The translations under genes and the position numbers were made by a program. From positions 384,001-448,000 of the forward strand of contig CBDBOV010000006.1 of NCBI GenBank assembly GCA_965208575.1: a DNA stretch of 64,000 nucleotides, read 5' to 3'. The stretch comes from Spirochaetia bacterium. GTDB taxonomy: Bacteria; Spirochaetota; Spirochaetia; SZUA-6; Bin103. Below the pieces are notes generated by a model, which did no database searches, was not told the DNA's origin, and saw nothing but the letters and a program-made list of their open reading frames with translations. Below are positions 21,106-32,383 of the stretch, in pieces (positions within the stretch are counted from its first letter, which is position 1; every line of letters starts with the position of its first letter).

Positions 21106-22092
21106 ATGGCAGAACGTGACGTGACTCCGGCGCGCATGGCGGGCAACTTCAGTCCGCGTGCCGTCGGGGTGGTAATCGGCGTCGTCGTATTATTCGCAAT
21201 AGTAGTGTCGAGCGTATTCGTGGTGGATCAGCGGGAAACCGCGGTGGTGCTGCGCTTCGGAAGATTCCAGCGCACCGCCGACGAGGGCCTGCACTTCAAG
21301 CTGCCGTTCGGCATCGACCGCAACATCAACGTCGAAACCCAGCAGATCAAGAAGCTGGAGTTCGGCTACCGCACGGAACGGGCCGGCGTGCAGACCGTGT
21401 TCTCGGCGCAGGACTTTCCGGAGGAGTCGGTCATGCTGACCGGCGACCTCAACATCGTCGACGTCGAGTGGTCGATCCAGTACCGCATCGTCGACCCGCG
21501 CGCCTACCTGTTCAATGTGCTCGACCAGGAGAAGACGCTGCGCGACATCTCGCAGTCGGTGATCAACCAGCTTGTCGGCGACCGCGCCATCCTCGACGTG
21601 ATCGGCGCCGAGCGCGAGAGCATCGAGTTCATCGGCCAGGAGCGCATGAACGAGATCTTCGCGTCGTACGAACTCGGCATCCGCGTGACCGCCCTCAAGC
21701 TGCAGAACATCGTGCCGCCCAAGGGCGCCGTGCAGAACGCGTTCGAGGACGTGAACAAGGCGATTCAGGACCGCAGCCGGTTCATCGAAGAGGGCAAGGA
21801 AGCCTACAACCAGGCCATTCCGCGCGCCCGCGGCCAGGCACTGCAGATCATCCAGGAGGCGGAGGGCTACAAGGAGGAACGCATCAACCGCGCCCTCGGT
21901 GACACCGCCCGGTTCCGCGCCGTGTACGAGGAGTACGCGCGCAACCCGGACGTGACCCGCGCGCGCCTGTACTTCGAGATGTTCGAGAACGTGTTCCTGA
22001 CCGCGGACGGCACCGACCTGATCGACCGCAACCTCGACAACTTCATTCCTTTGAAGAACCTCGTTCCCACCTTCCAAGGAGCCACCCAGTGA
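21106..22092 (+). CDS. hflK: FtsH modulator HflK
   Basis: TM helix plus SPFH domain, with MLTGDLNIVDV and IPRARGQA...AEGY. Confidence 0.95.
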   Translation: MAERDVTPARMAGNFSPRAVGVVIGVVVLFAIVVSSVFVVDQRETAVVLRFGRFQRTADEGLHFKLPFGIDRNINVETQQIKKLEFGYRTERAGVQTVFSAQDFPEESVMLTGDLNIVDVEWSIQYRIVDPRAYLFNVLDQEKTLRDISQSVINQLVGDRAILDVIGAERESIEFIGQERMNEIFASYELGIRVTALKLQNIVPPKGAVQNAFEDVNKAIQDRSRFIEEGKEAYNQAIPRARGQALQIIQEAEGYKEERINRALGDTARFRAVYEEYARNPDVTRARLYFEMFENVFLTADGTDLIDRNLDNFIPLKNLVPTFQGATQ

Positions 22093-23081
22093 AAAAGGGC
22101 GTTACCGTAGGCGTCGTCGTCATATTCTTCATCATCGTGTTCCTGATGCTCGGCCCGCTGTGGGTCTTGCAGGAAGGCGAGCAGGCCGTGCTGCTGCAGT
22201 TCGGGCGCATCGTGAAGTCGAGCCAGGACGCCGGGTTGAAGCTGAAGACCCCGGTCATCGACCGCGTGGTGAAGTTCCCGAAGAAGATCCTGTCTTGGGA
22301 CGGGGCCGCGCAGCGCATTCCCACCGAGGAGAACCAGTTCATCTGGGTGGATACCACCGCGCGCTGGCGGATCGCCGACCCGGGGCTGTTCTACGAGTCG
22401 GTCACCACGATCGACCAGGCCGCCTCGCGTCTCGATGACATCATCGACTCGGAGGTGCGCAAGATCATCTCCCGCAACCCGCTCACCGAGGCGGTGCGCG
22501 ACTCCGACGTGATCAACGAGATCGAGCGGCGCAACGTGTTCGCCACGGCGGGCGCCCAGGACGATCTCGACGACAGCGTGATCGTGGACACCTTCACCCA
22601 GATCACCTACCCGGCGATCCAGACGGGGCGCACGAACCTGTCCGACGAGGTGCTCAGCGAGGCGCAAAGGCTGATCCCGCAGTTCGGCATCGAGCTGATC
22701 GACGTGGTCATCCGCCAGATCAAGTACTCCGACGACCTCACCGAGAGCGTCTACAACCGCATGATCGCCGACCGGCAGCAGATCGCGCAGGCGTTCCGCT
22801 CCGACGGCGAAGGCCAGAAGGCGGACTGGCTCGGCCAGCGCTCGCGCGAGTTGAACGTGATCCTGTCGGCGGCGCAGCGCCAGGCGGAGGAGATCAAGGG
22901 TGAAGCGGATGCGCAGGCGGCCAACATCTACGCCGACGCGTACAACCAGGATCCGGAGTTCTACGAGTTCTGGAAGGCGATCGAGGCGTACCGGACGCTG
23001 ATGCCACGGTTCCGCAAGACGCTGACCACCGACGCCGAGTTCTTCAAGTACCTGTACAACCAGGACGGGGAGCGGCCGTAG
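22089..23081 (+). CDS. hflC: FtsH modulator HflC
   Basis: SPFH domain, VYNRMIADR and AYNQDPEFYEF; overlaps the hflK stop. Confidence 0.95.
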   Translation: MKKGVTVGVVVIFFIIVFLMLGPLWVLQEGEQAVLLQFGRIVKSSQDAGLKLKTPVIDRVVKFPKKILSWDGAAQRIPTEENQFIWVDTTARWRIADPGLFYESVTTIDQAASRLDDIIDSEVRKIISRNPLTEAVRDSDVINEIERRNVFATAGAQDDLDDSVIVDTFTQITYPAIQTGRTNLSDEVLSEAQRLIPQFGIELIDVVIRQIKYSDDLTESVYNRMIADRQQIAQAFRSDGEGQKADWLGQRSRELNVILSAAQRQAEEIKGEADAQAANIYADAYNQDPEFYEFWKAIEAYRTLMPRFRKTLTTDAEFFKYLYNQDGERP

Positions 23082-23119
23082 CAGCCATTCGGCGGGGCGG
23101 CAGCCTTGCACGCGGGCAG

Positions 23120-24676
23120 ATGAACCCGCTTCCGCTCTCGCGCCTGGTCGCAGCCCTGCGGCCCGGCGCGATCCGCGGGCGCGTGGACCGGGCGGTCACG
23201 GCGATCTGCTACGACAGCCGGACGGTGCGGCCGGGCGCGGCGTTCTTCGCGCAGCCCGGCGCGCACGTCGACGGCCACCGCTTCATCGACGCTGCCGTAG
23301 CAGCCGGCGCGGTTGCCGTGATACACAGCCGCGACTTCGGCGGCGAGCGGTTGCGCGAGCGCGCGCCCGACGTTACCTGGATTCGCGTCGCCGACCCGAC
23401 GGCGGCCCTGTCCGCCGGCGCGGCGTGCTTCTTCGGCCATCCGTGCCAGGAACTGACCATGGTGGGGGTGACGGGGACCAACGGCAAGAGCACCACCGCC
23501 TGGATGATCTACGACCTGCTGCGCGCACTGCAGGTGCCGGCCGGGCTGATTTCGACGGTAGGGGTGGATTACGGCGCGGGCCTGGTCGCCAACCCCGAAC
23601 ACGTCACCACCCCGCTGGCGGTGGAGATGCACGCCGCGCTGCGCGCCATGGTGGACGCCGGGCTGCGCACCGCGGTGGTCGAGGCGTCGTCGTGGGCGCT
23701 GTCCGGCGGCAGCAAGCGGTTGGCCGACCTGCGCTTCGACAGCGGCGTGCTGACCAGCTTCAGCCACGACCACCTCGAGTTGCACGGTACGGCGGCGGCC
23801 TACCTGGCCGCCAAGCTCAACCTGTTCCGCGCCCTGCGCCCGGCAGGCGGCTGCGCGGTCGCGCCGCCGCACCTGGTCGGGCAGGTGCGCGCCGTCACCG
23901 CCGCGCCGGTGTACGCGTTCGGGATCGCGGGAGGCGGCGGCCGAGACGAGGTGCCGTGGGCGTGCCGGGCGGAGATCGACGGCGACGACCGCGGCGATGG
24001 CGACCACCGCGGGCCGCTGCGATTCGCCTTGCATCTCGACGGCGCGGCGGTGCCGGCGTCACTGGCGGCGCGCGGGCGGTTCAACCTCGACAATTGCCTC
24101 GCCGCGGCCTCCGTGGTGGCGCGCCAGTACGCCGTGCCGGCCGCCCGGTTGAGGGATCCGATCGGCGCGCTGCGGCTGCCGCCGGGACACCTTGAGGCGG
24201 TGGACCTGGGCCAGCCGTTCCGGTTGATCGTCGACTACGCGCACACGCCGGAGGCGTTCCGCGCCACCCTGTCGCTGCTCGCCGAGGAGGCCCGCGCCGG
24301 CGGCGGGCGGTTGATCGCGGTGTTCGGCTCGGCGGGCGAGCGGGACATCGACAAGCGGGCGATGCAGGGCCGGGTCGCGGACCGGTTCGCCGACCTGGTG
24401 GTGCTCACCGATGAGGACTGCCGCGGTGAAGATCCGGACGCGATCCTGCGGGATATAGCGGCCGGCTGCCCGCGGCGCCGGGATGGAGACGACCTGATCC
24501 TGGAGGTGGACCGGCGCACCGCCATCGCCCGCGCCATCGCGGCGGCTGGCGGCGGCGACGTGGTGGCGCTGCTTGGCAAGGGCCACGAGGCCTCGATGAT
24601 CGGTCCCGACGGCGCCCATCCGTGGAGCGAGCGCGGCGCCGCCGAGGACGCGCTGCGCGCCGCCGGCTGGGGTTGA
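23120..24676 (+). CDS. murE: UDP-MurNAc-tripeptide synthetase
   Basis: Motifs YDSR, GVTGTNGKSTT, TTP, EASS, HDHLELHG, VDYAHTP and GKGHE. Confidence 0.93.
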   Translation: MNPLPLSRLVAALRPGAIRGRVDRAVTAICYDSRTVRPGAAFFAQPGAHVDGHRFIDAAVAAGAVAVIHSRDFGGERLRERAPDVTWIRVADPTAALSAGAACFFGHPCQELTMVGVTGTNGKSTTAWMIYDLLRALQVPAGLISTVGVDYGAGLVANPEHVTTPLAVEMHAALRAMVDAGLRTAVVEASSWALSGGSKRLADLRFDSGVLTSFSHDHLELHGTAAAYLAAKLNLFRALRPAGGCAVAPPHLVGQVRAVTAAPVYAFGIAGGGGRDEVPWACRAEIDGDDRGDGDHRGPLRFALHLDGAAVPASLAARGRFNLDNCLAAASVVARQYAVPAARLRDPIGALRLPPGHLEAVDLGQPFRLIVDYAHTPEAFRATLSLLAEEARAGGGRLIAVFGSAGERDIDKRAMQGRVADRFADLVVLTDEDCRGEDPDAILRDIAAGCPRRRDGDDLILEVDRRTAIARAIAAAGGGDVVALLGKGHEASMIGPDGAHPWSERGAAEDALRAAGWG

Positions 24677-24714
24677 CGGCGGCGATGTGCGGCAGCAGCC
24701 GACGCCCCGAGCGA

Positions 24715-24990
24715 GCGCGTCGCATGCCGCGGTCAGCGGCGGCCGTGCGCAGCGAAGCACACCGCCGCCCGCGCTACGCGGGTGCCGGTTGCACCGAGGC
24801 GCGGCGGCGCCGTTGGTGCCGGCGCCGCAACGAGGAAGCCCGGCGCACGCGGCGGTGCGCGGCGGCCGCGGGCAGCGGAGCGCGCCGGCCCGCGCGGTGC
24901 GGCGTGGCCGGATGCACGGGGGCGTGGCGGCGCCCGTGGTGCGGGGTGGCCGGGTGCATGGCGGCGCTGCGGCGCCCGTTGCGCCGGCGG
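24715..24990. repeat. Degenerate 42-bp tandem array (about 6.5 units) ending at a start codon
   Basis: Units start at 24715, 24757, 24799 (39 bp), 24838, 24880, 24922 and 24964. Example pair: gcgcgccggcccgcgcggtgcggcgtggccggatgcacgggg / gcgtggcggcgcccgtggtgcggggtggccgggtgcatggcg. Confidence 0.7.
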
Positions 24991-27555
24991 CTGGTGGCGG
25001 CGGCACTGCTGCTGGCGGCATTGGCGGCGGCGGAGTTGGCCGCGCAGCAGCACCCGGCGGAGCGGCGGACCACTACCGTGACCGTGGTCGCCACCAGCGC
25101 GGTGGACCGACTGCCCGGCGACCGGCTCGCCGCCGCGGTGGCATGGCTGCTCGGCGAGTGGTACGGACCCGCGGTCGCCGGCCGCGCCGCGCCCGGCGGT
25201 GAGACCGACGCCCCGCCGCCGGAAGCGATACGGTTGCAGTTGGCGCTGACCGAGGGCGACCGGGGGTTGCATCTGCGCAGCGAGCTCATCGAGCGGGGGC
25301 GCTCGGCAGGCGTGCGCAGCGCATGGCTGCCGGCCGGATCTGTCGGCGCGGTCACCGCCACCGCCGCCGGCGACGGGTTCCTGCTGTGGTCCGAGGCGCG
25401 CCGATTTCCCCACCTGCGCGGCCTCGGTACCCCGCCCGACCGCAGCGCATGGCTGCCGGCGGCCGGTCTGGCCCGGATCGTGCAGCGCCCCGTTACCGGA
25501 CGCGACGTGCAGGCGGCGGCGGCCTACCCCGGCGGCGTGCTGGTGTTGCTCGCGGATGGCCCGCTCGCCCTCGGCCCGCGGTTCGAGATTGTCCCGGACA
25601 CGGCGGCGTGGCTCACCTGGCGCGAGGAGCCGCCGGCCGCCGGCGCGCCGTGGCGGAACCTGTACCCGCTGCACGACGGGCGGGTGGTACTGGAACCGTG
25701 GAGCGGGAACCCGGTGGTCACGGCCGCGTGGCAGGCGGCGGTGCGCGCGACCGGCCCACCTGCTCTGTTCGCAGGACCCGGGGAGGGCGCCGCGTCCCCC
25801 GCGGCCCTGCTCGCCGTTGCCCCGGACGGCACCGCTGCGTGGCACGAGGGGGACACGCTGACCATGCTCGGCTACGGCGCCGCCCGGCCCGACCGCGTGC
25901 GCCTGCCGCTCGGCAGCGTGGCCCCGACCGCGGTCGCCGCCGACGGCGGCGGCTTGCTGTGGATGTTCGACCCGCGCGAGCGCCGCATACGGGCATTCGC
26001 CGCCACCGGCGGCGGCCTGCGCCAGGTGCTGGCGGTCACCCCCATGCTGCCGGCGCAGGAGCTGGGCGGCGTGCAGGCGATCGCGGTCACCGCGGCCGGC
26101 CGGTTGCTGATCGGCTCGCAGCGCGCGGTGTGGAACGTGGACCGCCGCGGTGTGCCGCGCTGGGTACTGCCCCTGTTGCAGACGCAACCGCGGCAGCGGC
26201 TGCCGCAGGCCTTCAGTCTGGCCGCCGGCGCCGAACCTGGCGCGTTTCTGCTGCTCGACCGCACCACCGGCAGCGTGCACCGGTTCGCCGAGCAGCCGGA
26301 GCCGGCGGCCGACCGGCACCCTGCCTCCGGCACCGACCGGAAGCCCGGTGCGCTGGCAGCCGCCCTCGCCGACAGCGCCATGCACGCCGCCGAGCGCGCC
26401 TGGCAGCAGCGCCGCCCGCGGTCCGCCGCGCTGCTGCTCGCCGCCGCCTCCGGCCACCTGAAGCAGTGGCACGCGGCCGACCCGCTCGCCGAAGGCGTCG
26501 AGCGAAGGTCGGCCGCCATCGAGCAACTCGGCAAAGCCGTGGAACATGCGCTGTACGGAGCACCGCCGTTGACCGCTCGCATCGCACCCGGCCGCTTCCA
26601 CCCCGCGCTCGCCGCGTTCTACGAGACGCATCCTTTCACGCTGACCGTGCGCAACGCCGCGCGGGACCGCGCGCCCACGGAGGTCGCGCTCGGCATCGCG
26701 GGAGTGACATCCGCCATCACGGTCGCCGCGCCCGCCCTGGCCGCGGGCGAACAGGTCGACCTGCCGGTTCAGCTCCACGCCGCGCCGAGCGCCGGCGGCG
26801 CCGCGGTGCCGTACGACACCACGCTGTGGCTCGCCGCCGCCGCGCACGCCGACGGGGCGCCGGTGCTCAGCGCCATCCCGTTCGCGGTGGAGCCGCGGCG
26901 CTGCCGGCCACAGCAGGCGGTGGCCACGCCCGCCGGCCCGGCTCACGCCGCGTTTCTGCGCTGGCACCTGGCCGCGGCGGCGACCGCCCCCGCACCGGCG
27001 GCGCCGGTCGGCCTGCCCTCCTATCGCCTGCTCGACCGCCTGGCCCGGCTCGCCGACGTGGCGGCCGGCACGCGCTGCCTGCAGCCGGCAGACCACACGC
27101 TCGCGGCGCTGTCCGGCAGCGCGACCGACTGGGCCGTGGCGGTAGCCGGGGTGCTGCACCAGCGTGGCACACCCGCGGCGCTGCTGCTGAGCGAGGCCGC
27201 GCCGGTCCTGGTGTTGGCATGGTTCGAGCACCGCGGCGAAGCGGTCGATCCGGCGGCGCCGCGCCTTGCGCCGGAATTGCAGCGGAAAGTAGCCGCGCAC
27301 CTGGAGGAGGCGGAGCAGGCGGTCCCGCCGGGCCCGGTATGGGCGCTGCAGCCGGTTGCCGGGGCGGCGTCTGCCGACGGCGGCGCGGCGGCGTGGAGCG
27401 TGCGCGGCGGCGCCGCGGCGGCCGCTGCACTGGCCGCCGGCCGCGCCCACATCGTTACCGTCCGGGGCGATCCGGACCGCGGACCGTCCACGTTGCCGCG
27501 AACGCCCGCGGTGCAGGCGGTGCTGCCGCTCGCGGACGCCGGCGAGAACGGATAG
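24958..27555 (+). CDS. Large hypothetical exported protein (NHL/beta-propeller-like and Ig-like segments)
   Basis: Signal peptide MAALRRPLRRRLVAAALLLAALAAAELAA, blades such as PTAVAADGGGLLWMFD and QAIAVTAAGRLLIG, and LTVRN...LAAGEQVDLPVQL. Confidence 0.7.
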   Translation: MAALRRPLRRRLVAAALLLAALAAAELAAQQHPAERRTTTVTVVATSAVDRLPGDRLAAAVAWLLGEWYGPAVAGRAAPGGETDAPPPEAIRLQLALTEGDRGLHLRSELIERGRSAGVRSAWLPAGSVGAVTATAAGDGFLLWSEARRFPHLRGLGTPPDRSAWLPAAGLARIVQRPVTGRDVQAAAAYPGGVLVLLADGPLALGPRFEIVPDTAAWLTWREEPPAAGAPWRNLYPLHDGRVVLEPWSGNPVVTAAWQAAVRATGPPALFAGPGEGAASPAALLAVAPDGTAAWHEGDTLTMLGYGAARPDRVRLPLGSVAPTAVAADGGGLLWMFDPRERRIRAFAATGGGLRQVLAVTPMLPAQELGGVQAIAVTAAGRLLIGSQRAVWNVDRRGVPRWVLPLLQTQPRQRLPQAFSLAAGAEPGAFLLLDRTTGSVHRFAEQPEPAADRHPASGTDRKPGALAAALADSAMHAAERAWQQRRPRSAALLLAAASGHLKQWHAADPLAEGVERRSAAIEQLGKAVEHALYGAPPLTARIAPGRFHPALAAFYETHPFTLTVRNAARDRAPTEVALGIAGVTSAITVAAPALAAGEQVDLPVQLHAAPSAGGAAVPYDTTLWLAAAAHADGAPVLSAIPFAVEPRRCRPQQAVATPAGPAHAAFLRWHLAAAATAPAPAAPVGLPSYRLLDRLARLADVAAGTRCLQPADHTLAALSGSATDWAVAVAGVLHQRGTPAALLLSEAAPVLVLAWFEHRGEAVDPAAPRLAPELQRKVAAHLEEAEQAVPPGPVWALQPVAGAASADGGAAAWSVRGGAAAAAALAAGRAHIVTVRGDPDRGPSTLPRTPAVQAVLPLADAGENG

Positions 27556-27702
27556 CTCCGCACCGCCGTGCCGCGCCGCTCAGGCGGCGCAATCCGCGCG
27601 TCGCACCGCTTTCCCGGGGGACCGCCGCCACTACGATATGCGCCACGTACGGAAGGAGAGCATCACCGCCGGCCGGCAGCGCCCGCGGACGCCGCCGGCG
27701 CG

Positions 27703-28617
27703 TCACCCCCTGGTGCTGCCGTGCGCTTCTGCCCGCGGGACCGGCGCGGCGCCGGCGAGCGGCAGTTTGAGGTGCAACGAATCGACGCTGAATCCCACCT
27801 TCTCGAACAGCCCGGACACGCCGAGGGCGGCAGCGCCGAGTTGGGCGCGCAGCGACGTCACGCCGTGTTCGGCCGCCACGTCGGCGAGCGCCTGCAGCAG
27901 TCGCGCGGCGAGCCCGAGTCCACGGTAGTAGGGCATTACGGCAAGCTGGATCATATCCCATTGGTCAGCGCTGCATGCCCGCGCCCAGGCCATGCCCACG
28001 ACCTCGTCCTGCGGCGCGCACGCTATCACCAGGTGCGATCCGGGCGCGGCGAGCTCGCAGCGGCGCCGTTCCAGGTGGCTGCCCAATTCGCGCGCCGGCA
28101 CCTGGCGCAACTCCATCAGCGCCTCGACATCCACCAGGTGCGCGCCGTCGAGATGGGTCGCCTGCGCCGGGACCACCACGAAGTCGGATACCGTCAGGTC
28201 GTCGGTCTCCTCCGGTTCCGGCCCCAGGCGCTCCAGGCCGGCGGCCTCCCGTTCCTGGTTGTACCAGTCCCGCACCACGCGCCGCATCTCCTGTTCCTTG
28301 AACCGGTACCAGCGTCGCTCCAGGTCGCGGCTCTGCTTGAGCACGTTCTTGAAGCTGCGGAACACCCCCTTGCCGGTGGACAGGGCGGAGCGCAACTGGT
28401 GGCGCACGTGGTGATTGGACACCGATGCCACGAACCGTTCCATGAGGTAGAAGCCATCGACCGGTTTCCATGCCGGCAGCGGCACGAACTCGGACGGGTC
28501 GTCCGGCAGTTGCGCCACGAGGGTGCCGTCGCGGCGATGGATGTATGCGTTCGAGCCTTGATCTTCCATGGCGAAAATGACCTGGTCGAAGACTTCCGGT
28601 GAAAGCTCGAACTCCAT
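27703..28617 (-). CDS. UPF0158 domain fused to a GNAT acetyltransferase
   Basis: N-terminal IFAMED...MERFV...GKGVFRSFK and C-terminal LAVMPYYRGLGLAARLL. Confidence 0.82.
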   Translation of the reverse strand: MEFELSPEVFDQVIFAMEDQGSNAYIHRRDGTLVAQLPDDPSEFVPLPAWKPVDGFYLMERFVASVSNHHVRHQLRSALSTGKGVFRSFKNVLKQSRDLERRWYRFKEQEMRRVVRDWYNQEREAAGLERLGPEPEETDDLTVSDFVVVPAQATHLDGAHLVDVEALMELRQVPARELGSHLERRRCELAAPGSHLVIACAPQDEVVGMAWARACSADQWDMIQLAVMPYYRGLGLAARLLQALADVAAEHGVTSLRAQLGAAALGVSGLFEKVGFSVDSLHLKLPLAGAAPVPRAEAHGSTRG

Positions 28618-28662
28618 ATTACGAAGGTACGGGGCACCCTCGAATACGGCAAGACTGCGCGG

Positions 28663-30597
<1,935 letters not shown>

Positions 30598-30699
30598 CGT
30601 GTCGCCTGGCCGCGCCCACGGGACAGCAGCCCCGCGGCGGGCGCCTCGAAGCTGCTCGATGGCAGGGATGGAATCGGCGGCGGCGGCCAGGGTGGGCAG

Positions 30700-31092
30700 C
30701 TAACGCTTGGAGAACTGGAACCGGCGGCGTGCCTTGGGCTGCCCGTACTTCTTGCGTTCGACCATGCGCCGGTCGCGGGTCAGCATGCCGTTCGCGCGCA
30801 GGGCGCGCCGGTTGGCTTCGTCGTGGCCGACCAGCGCGCGCGCCAGTCCGTGCCGGCAAGCGCCGGCCTGGCCGTGCGTGCCGCCGCCGACCACGCGGAT
30901 CAGCACGTCGTAGTTGGTGAGGTTGTCGGTCACGTCGAGCGGCTCGACCACTTCCCGCTCCATGTCGGCGGCGTGGAAGTAGTCGCTCAGCGACCTCCCG
31001 TTCACGTCGATGTTGCCGTTGCCATTGCGCAGGTAGACCCGCGCGACCGCGGTCTTGCGGCGTCCGGTTCCAATCGCCAGGTTGCTTGCCAC
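30700..31092 (-). CDS. rpsI: 30S ribosomal protein S9
   Basis: GTGRRKTAVARV...KARRRFQFSKR; GTG start after a GGGAG RBS. Confidence 0.97.
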   Translation of the reverse strand: MASNLAIGTGRRKTAVARVYLRNGNGNIDVNGRSLSDYFHAADMEREVVEPLDVTDNLTNYDVLIRVVGGGTHGQAGACRHGLARALVGHDEANRRALRANGMLTRDRRMVERKKYGQPKARRRFQFSKR

Positions 31093-31117
31093 GTTTATCG
31101 ATACTCCCTTGTCGTCG

Positions 31118-31555
31118 TCACAGCGCGAGTTCCTCCGGCTTCTGGGCCGCGTGCGGGTGCGCGCCATCCGCGTAGATCTTGACATTGCGCAGCAGCTTGC
31201 GCCCGAGACGGCCCTTCGGGAGCATCCCGCGCACCGCCTCCTGCATCGGAAACACCGGCTTGCGCGCGATCACCTTGCGATAGTTTTCCGTCTTGAGCCC
31301 GCCGGGGTAGCCGGAGTGGCGGTAGTACTGCTTCTGCTCCATCTTTCTGCCGGTGACCACCGCGTGCCGTGCGTTGATCACAATGACGTGGTCGCCCACC
31401 TCCTGGTGCGGGGTGTAGTAGGGCCGATGCTTGCCGCGCAACAGGGTGGCGACGCGGGTAGCCACCCGCCCGAGGGGGTGGCCGCCGGCATCGATGACGT
31501 ACCACTTGCGCGCAATGTCGCGCGGATTGAGAAACTGCGTTTGTGTGGATTCCAT
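31118..31555 (-). CDS. rplM: 50S ribosomal protein L13
   Basis: Motifs WYVIDA, LRGKHRPYYTP, HSGYPGG and GMLPK. Confidence 0.97.
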   Translation of the reverse strand: MESTQTQFLNPRDIARKWYVIDAGGHPLGRVATRVATLLRGKHRPYYTPHQEVGDHVIVINARHAVVTGRKMEQKQYYRHSGYPGGLKTENYRKVIARKPVFPMQEAVRGMLPKGRLGRKLLRNVKIYADGAHPHAAQKPEELAL

Positions 31556-31601
31556 GGGCAATACTCGATTGGGGCGGCCCGCTAGAGCGCGGAGCCGGCC
31601 A

Positions 31602-31631
31602 AAGTTAGTGCAACCAATGGTGCGCTGTCAA
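31602..31631 (-). promoter_or_regulatory. Sigma70-type promoter of rplM
   Basis: TTGACA-N18-TAACTT on the minus strand. Confidence 0.55.
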
Positions 31632-31703
31632 CTAGAAGCGCCGCTCGCGCCGCTCGCTGCCCGGTGCCAGCCACCCGATGCCAGTCGATTCGGTGTTGTC
31701 GGA

Positions 31704-32183
31704 TCAGCAGGTGCGGGCCTGCATGAGCTCGACGATGAGGTTGTTGAGCTTGCTTCGGGTGTCGAAGTAGACGGCGCTACGTTTGGCCTGCCCCTTGGGC
31801 GTGATGCTGAGGATGACCGGGAACCCCTTCTCGACCATGCTGGCCGTCTCTGCTTCCAGGTCGTCGACGGTGTACGCGATATGACCGATGCCGGCGCCGA
31901 GGCCGCCGGTACCGACGCTCTCCAGCAGCTCCTTGTGCACTGTGTGGCCCTGAAGCGGTTGAAGGAGCTCGATCCCCAGCGGGCCAAGCGCACCCATCGC
32001 GCCCCTGGTTCTGACGATCGGATCGGGCACCTTGCCGTACACCAGGTATTCCTGCATCTGCGCGCTGTCGATGAGGAACTCCGGTTGAAAGGTCGCGTTC
32101 CCCAGGGTCTGGAAGTTATCGATGGCCTGATCGAGATCGGGGACGGGGATTCCCAAGTGATGGAATTTCCAGGTTTCTGGCAT
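31704..32183 (-). CDS. VOC/glyoxalase family protein (methylmalonyl-CoA epimerase-like)
   Basis: Metal-site pattern FHHLGIPVPDL, IELLQP, GHIAYTVDDL, VELMQ. Confidence 0.85.
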   Translation of the reverse strand: MPETWKFHHLGIPVPDLDQAIDNFQTLGNATFQPEFLIDSAQMQEYLVYGKVPDPIVRTRGAMGALGPLGIELLQPLQGHTVHKELLESVGTGGLGAGIGHIAYTVDDLEAETASMVEKGFPVILSITPKGQAKRSAVYFDTRSKLNNLIVELMQARTC

Positions 32184-32383
32184 AACCAACCGTACCACAT
32201 TCGCCACACAACGATCCCGCCTATCGCCCTTGAGGGTCTGCTCAGCGCGGCACCAAGCCGCGTAACTTGACGGCCAGTAGACAACCAGGCCGGCAGGGCC
32301 GTTGCCGCTTGACTGCGCTGCCGGTCGTCCCGCGTCCGCATTTCGGGAGTGTGATTCCCTTTTCCAGATGATAAAATGGGAGC

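Noticed and set aside
24715-24990. CRISPR-like repeat-spacer array
   Set aside because: There is no constant repeat alternating with variable spacers; whole units diverge gradually.
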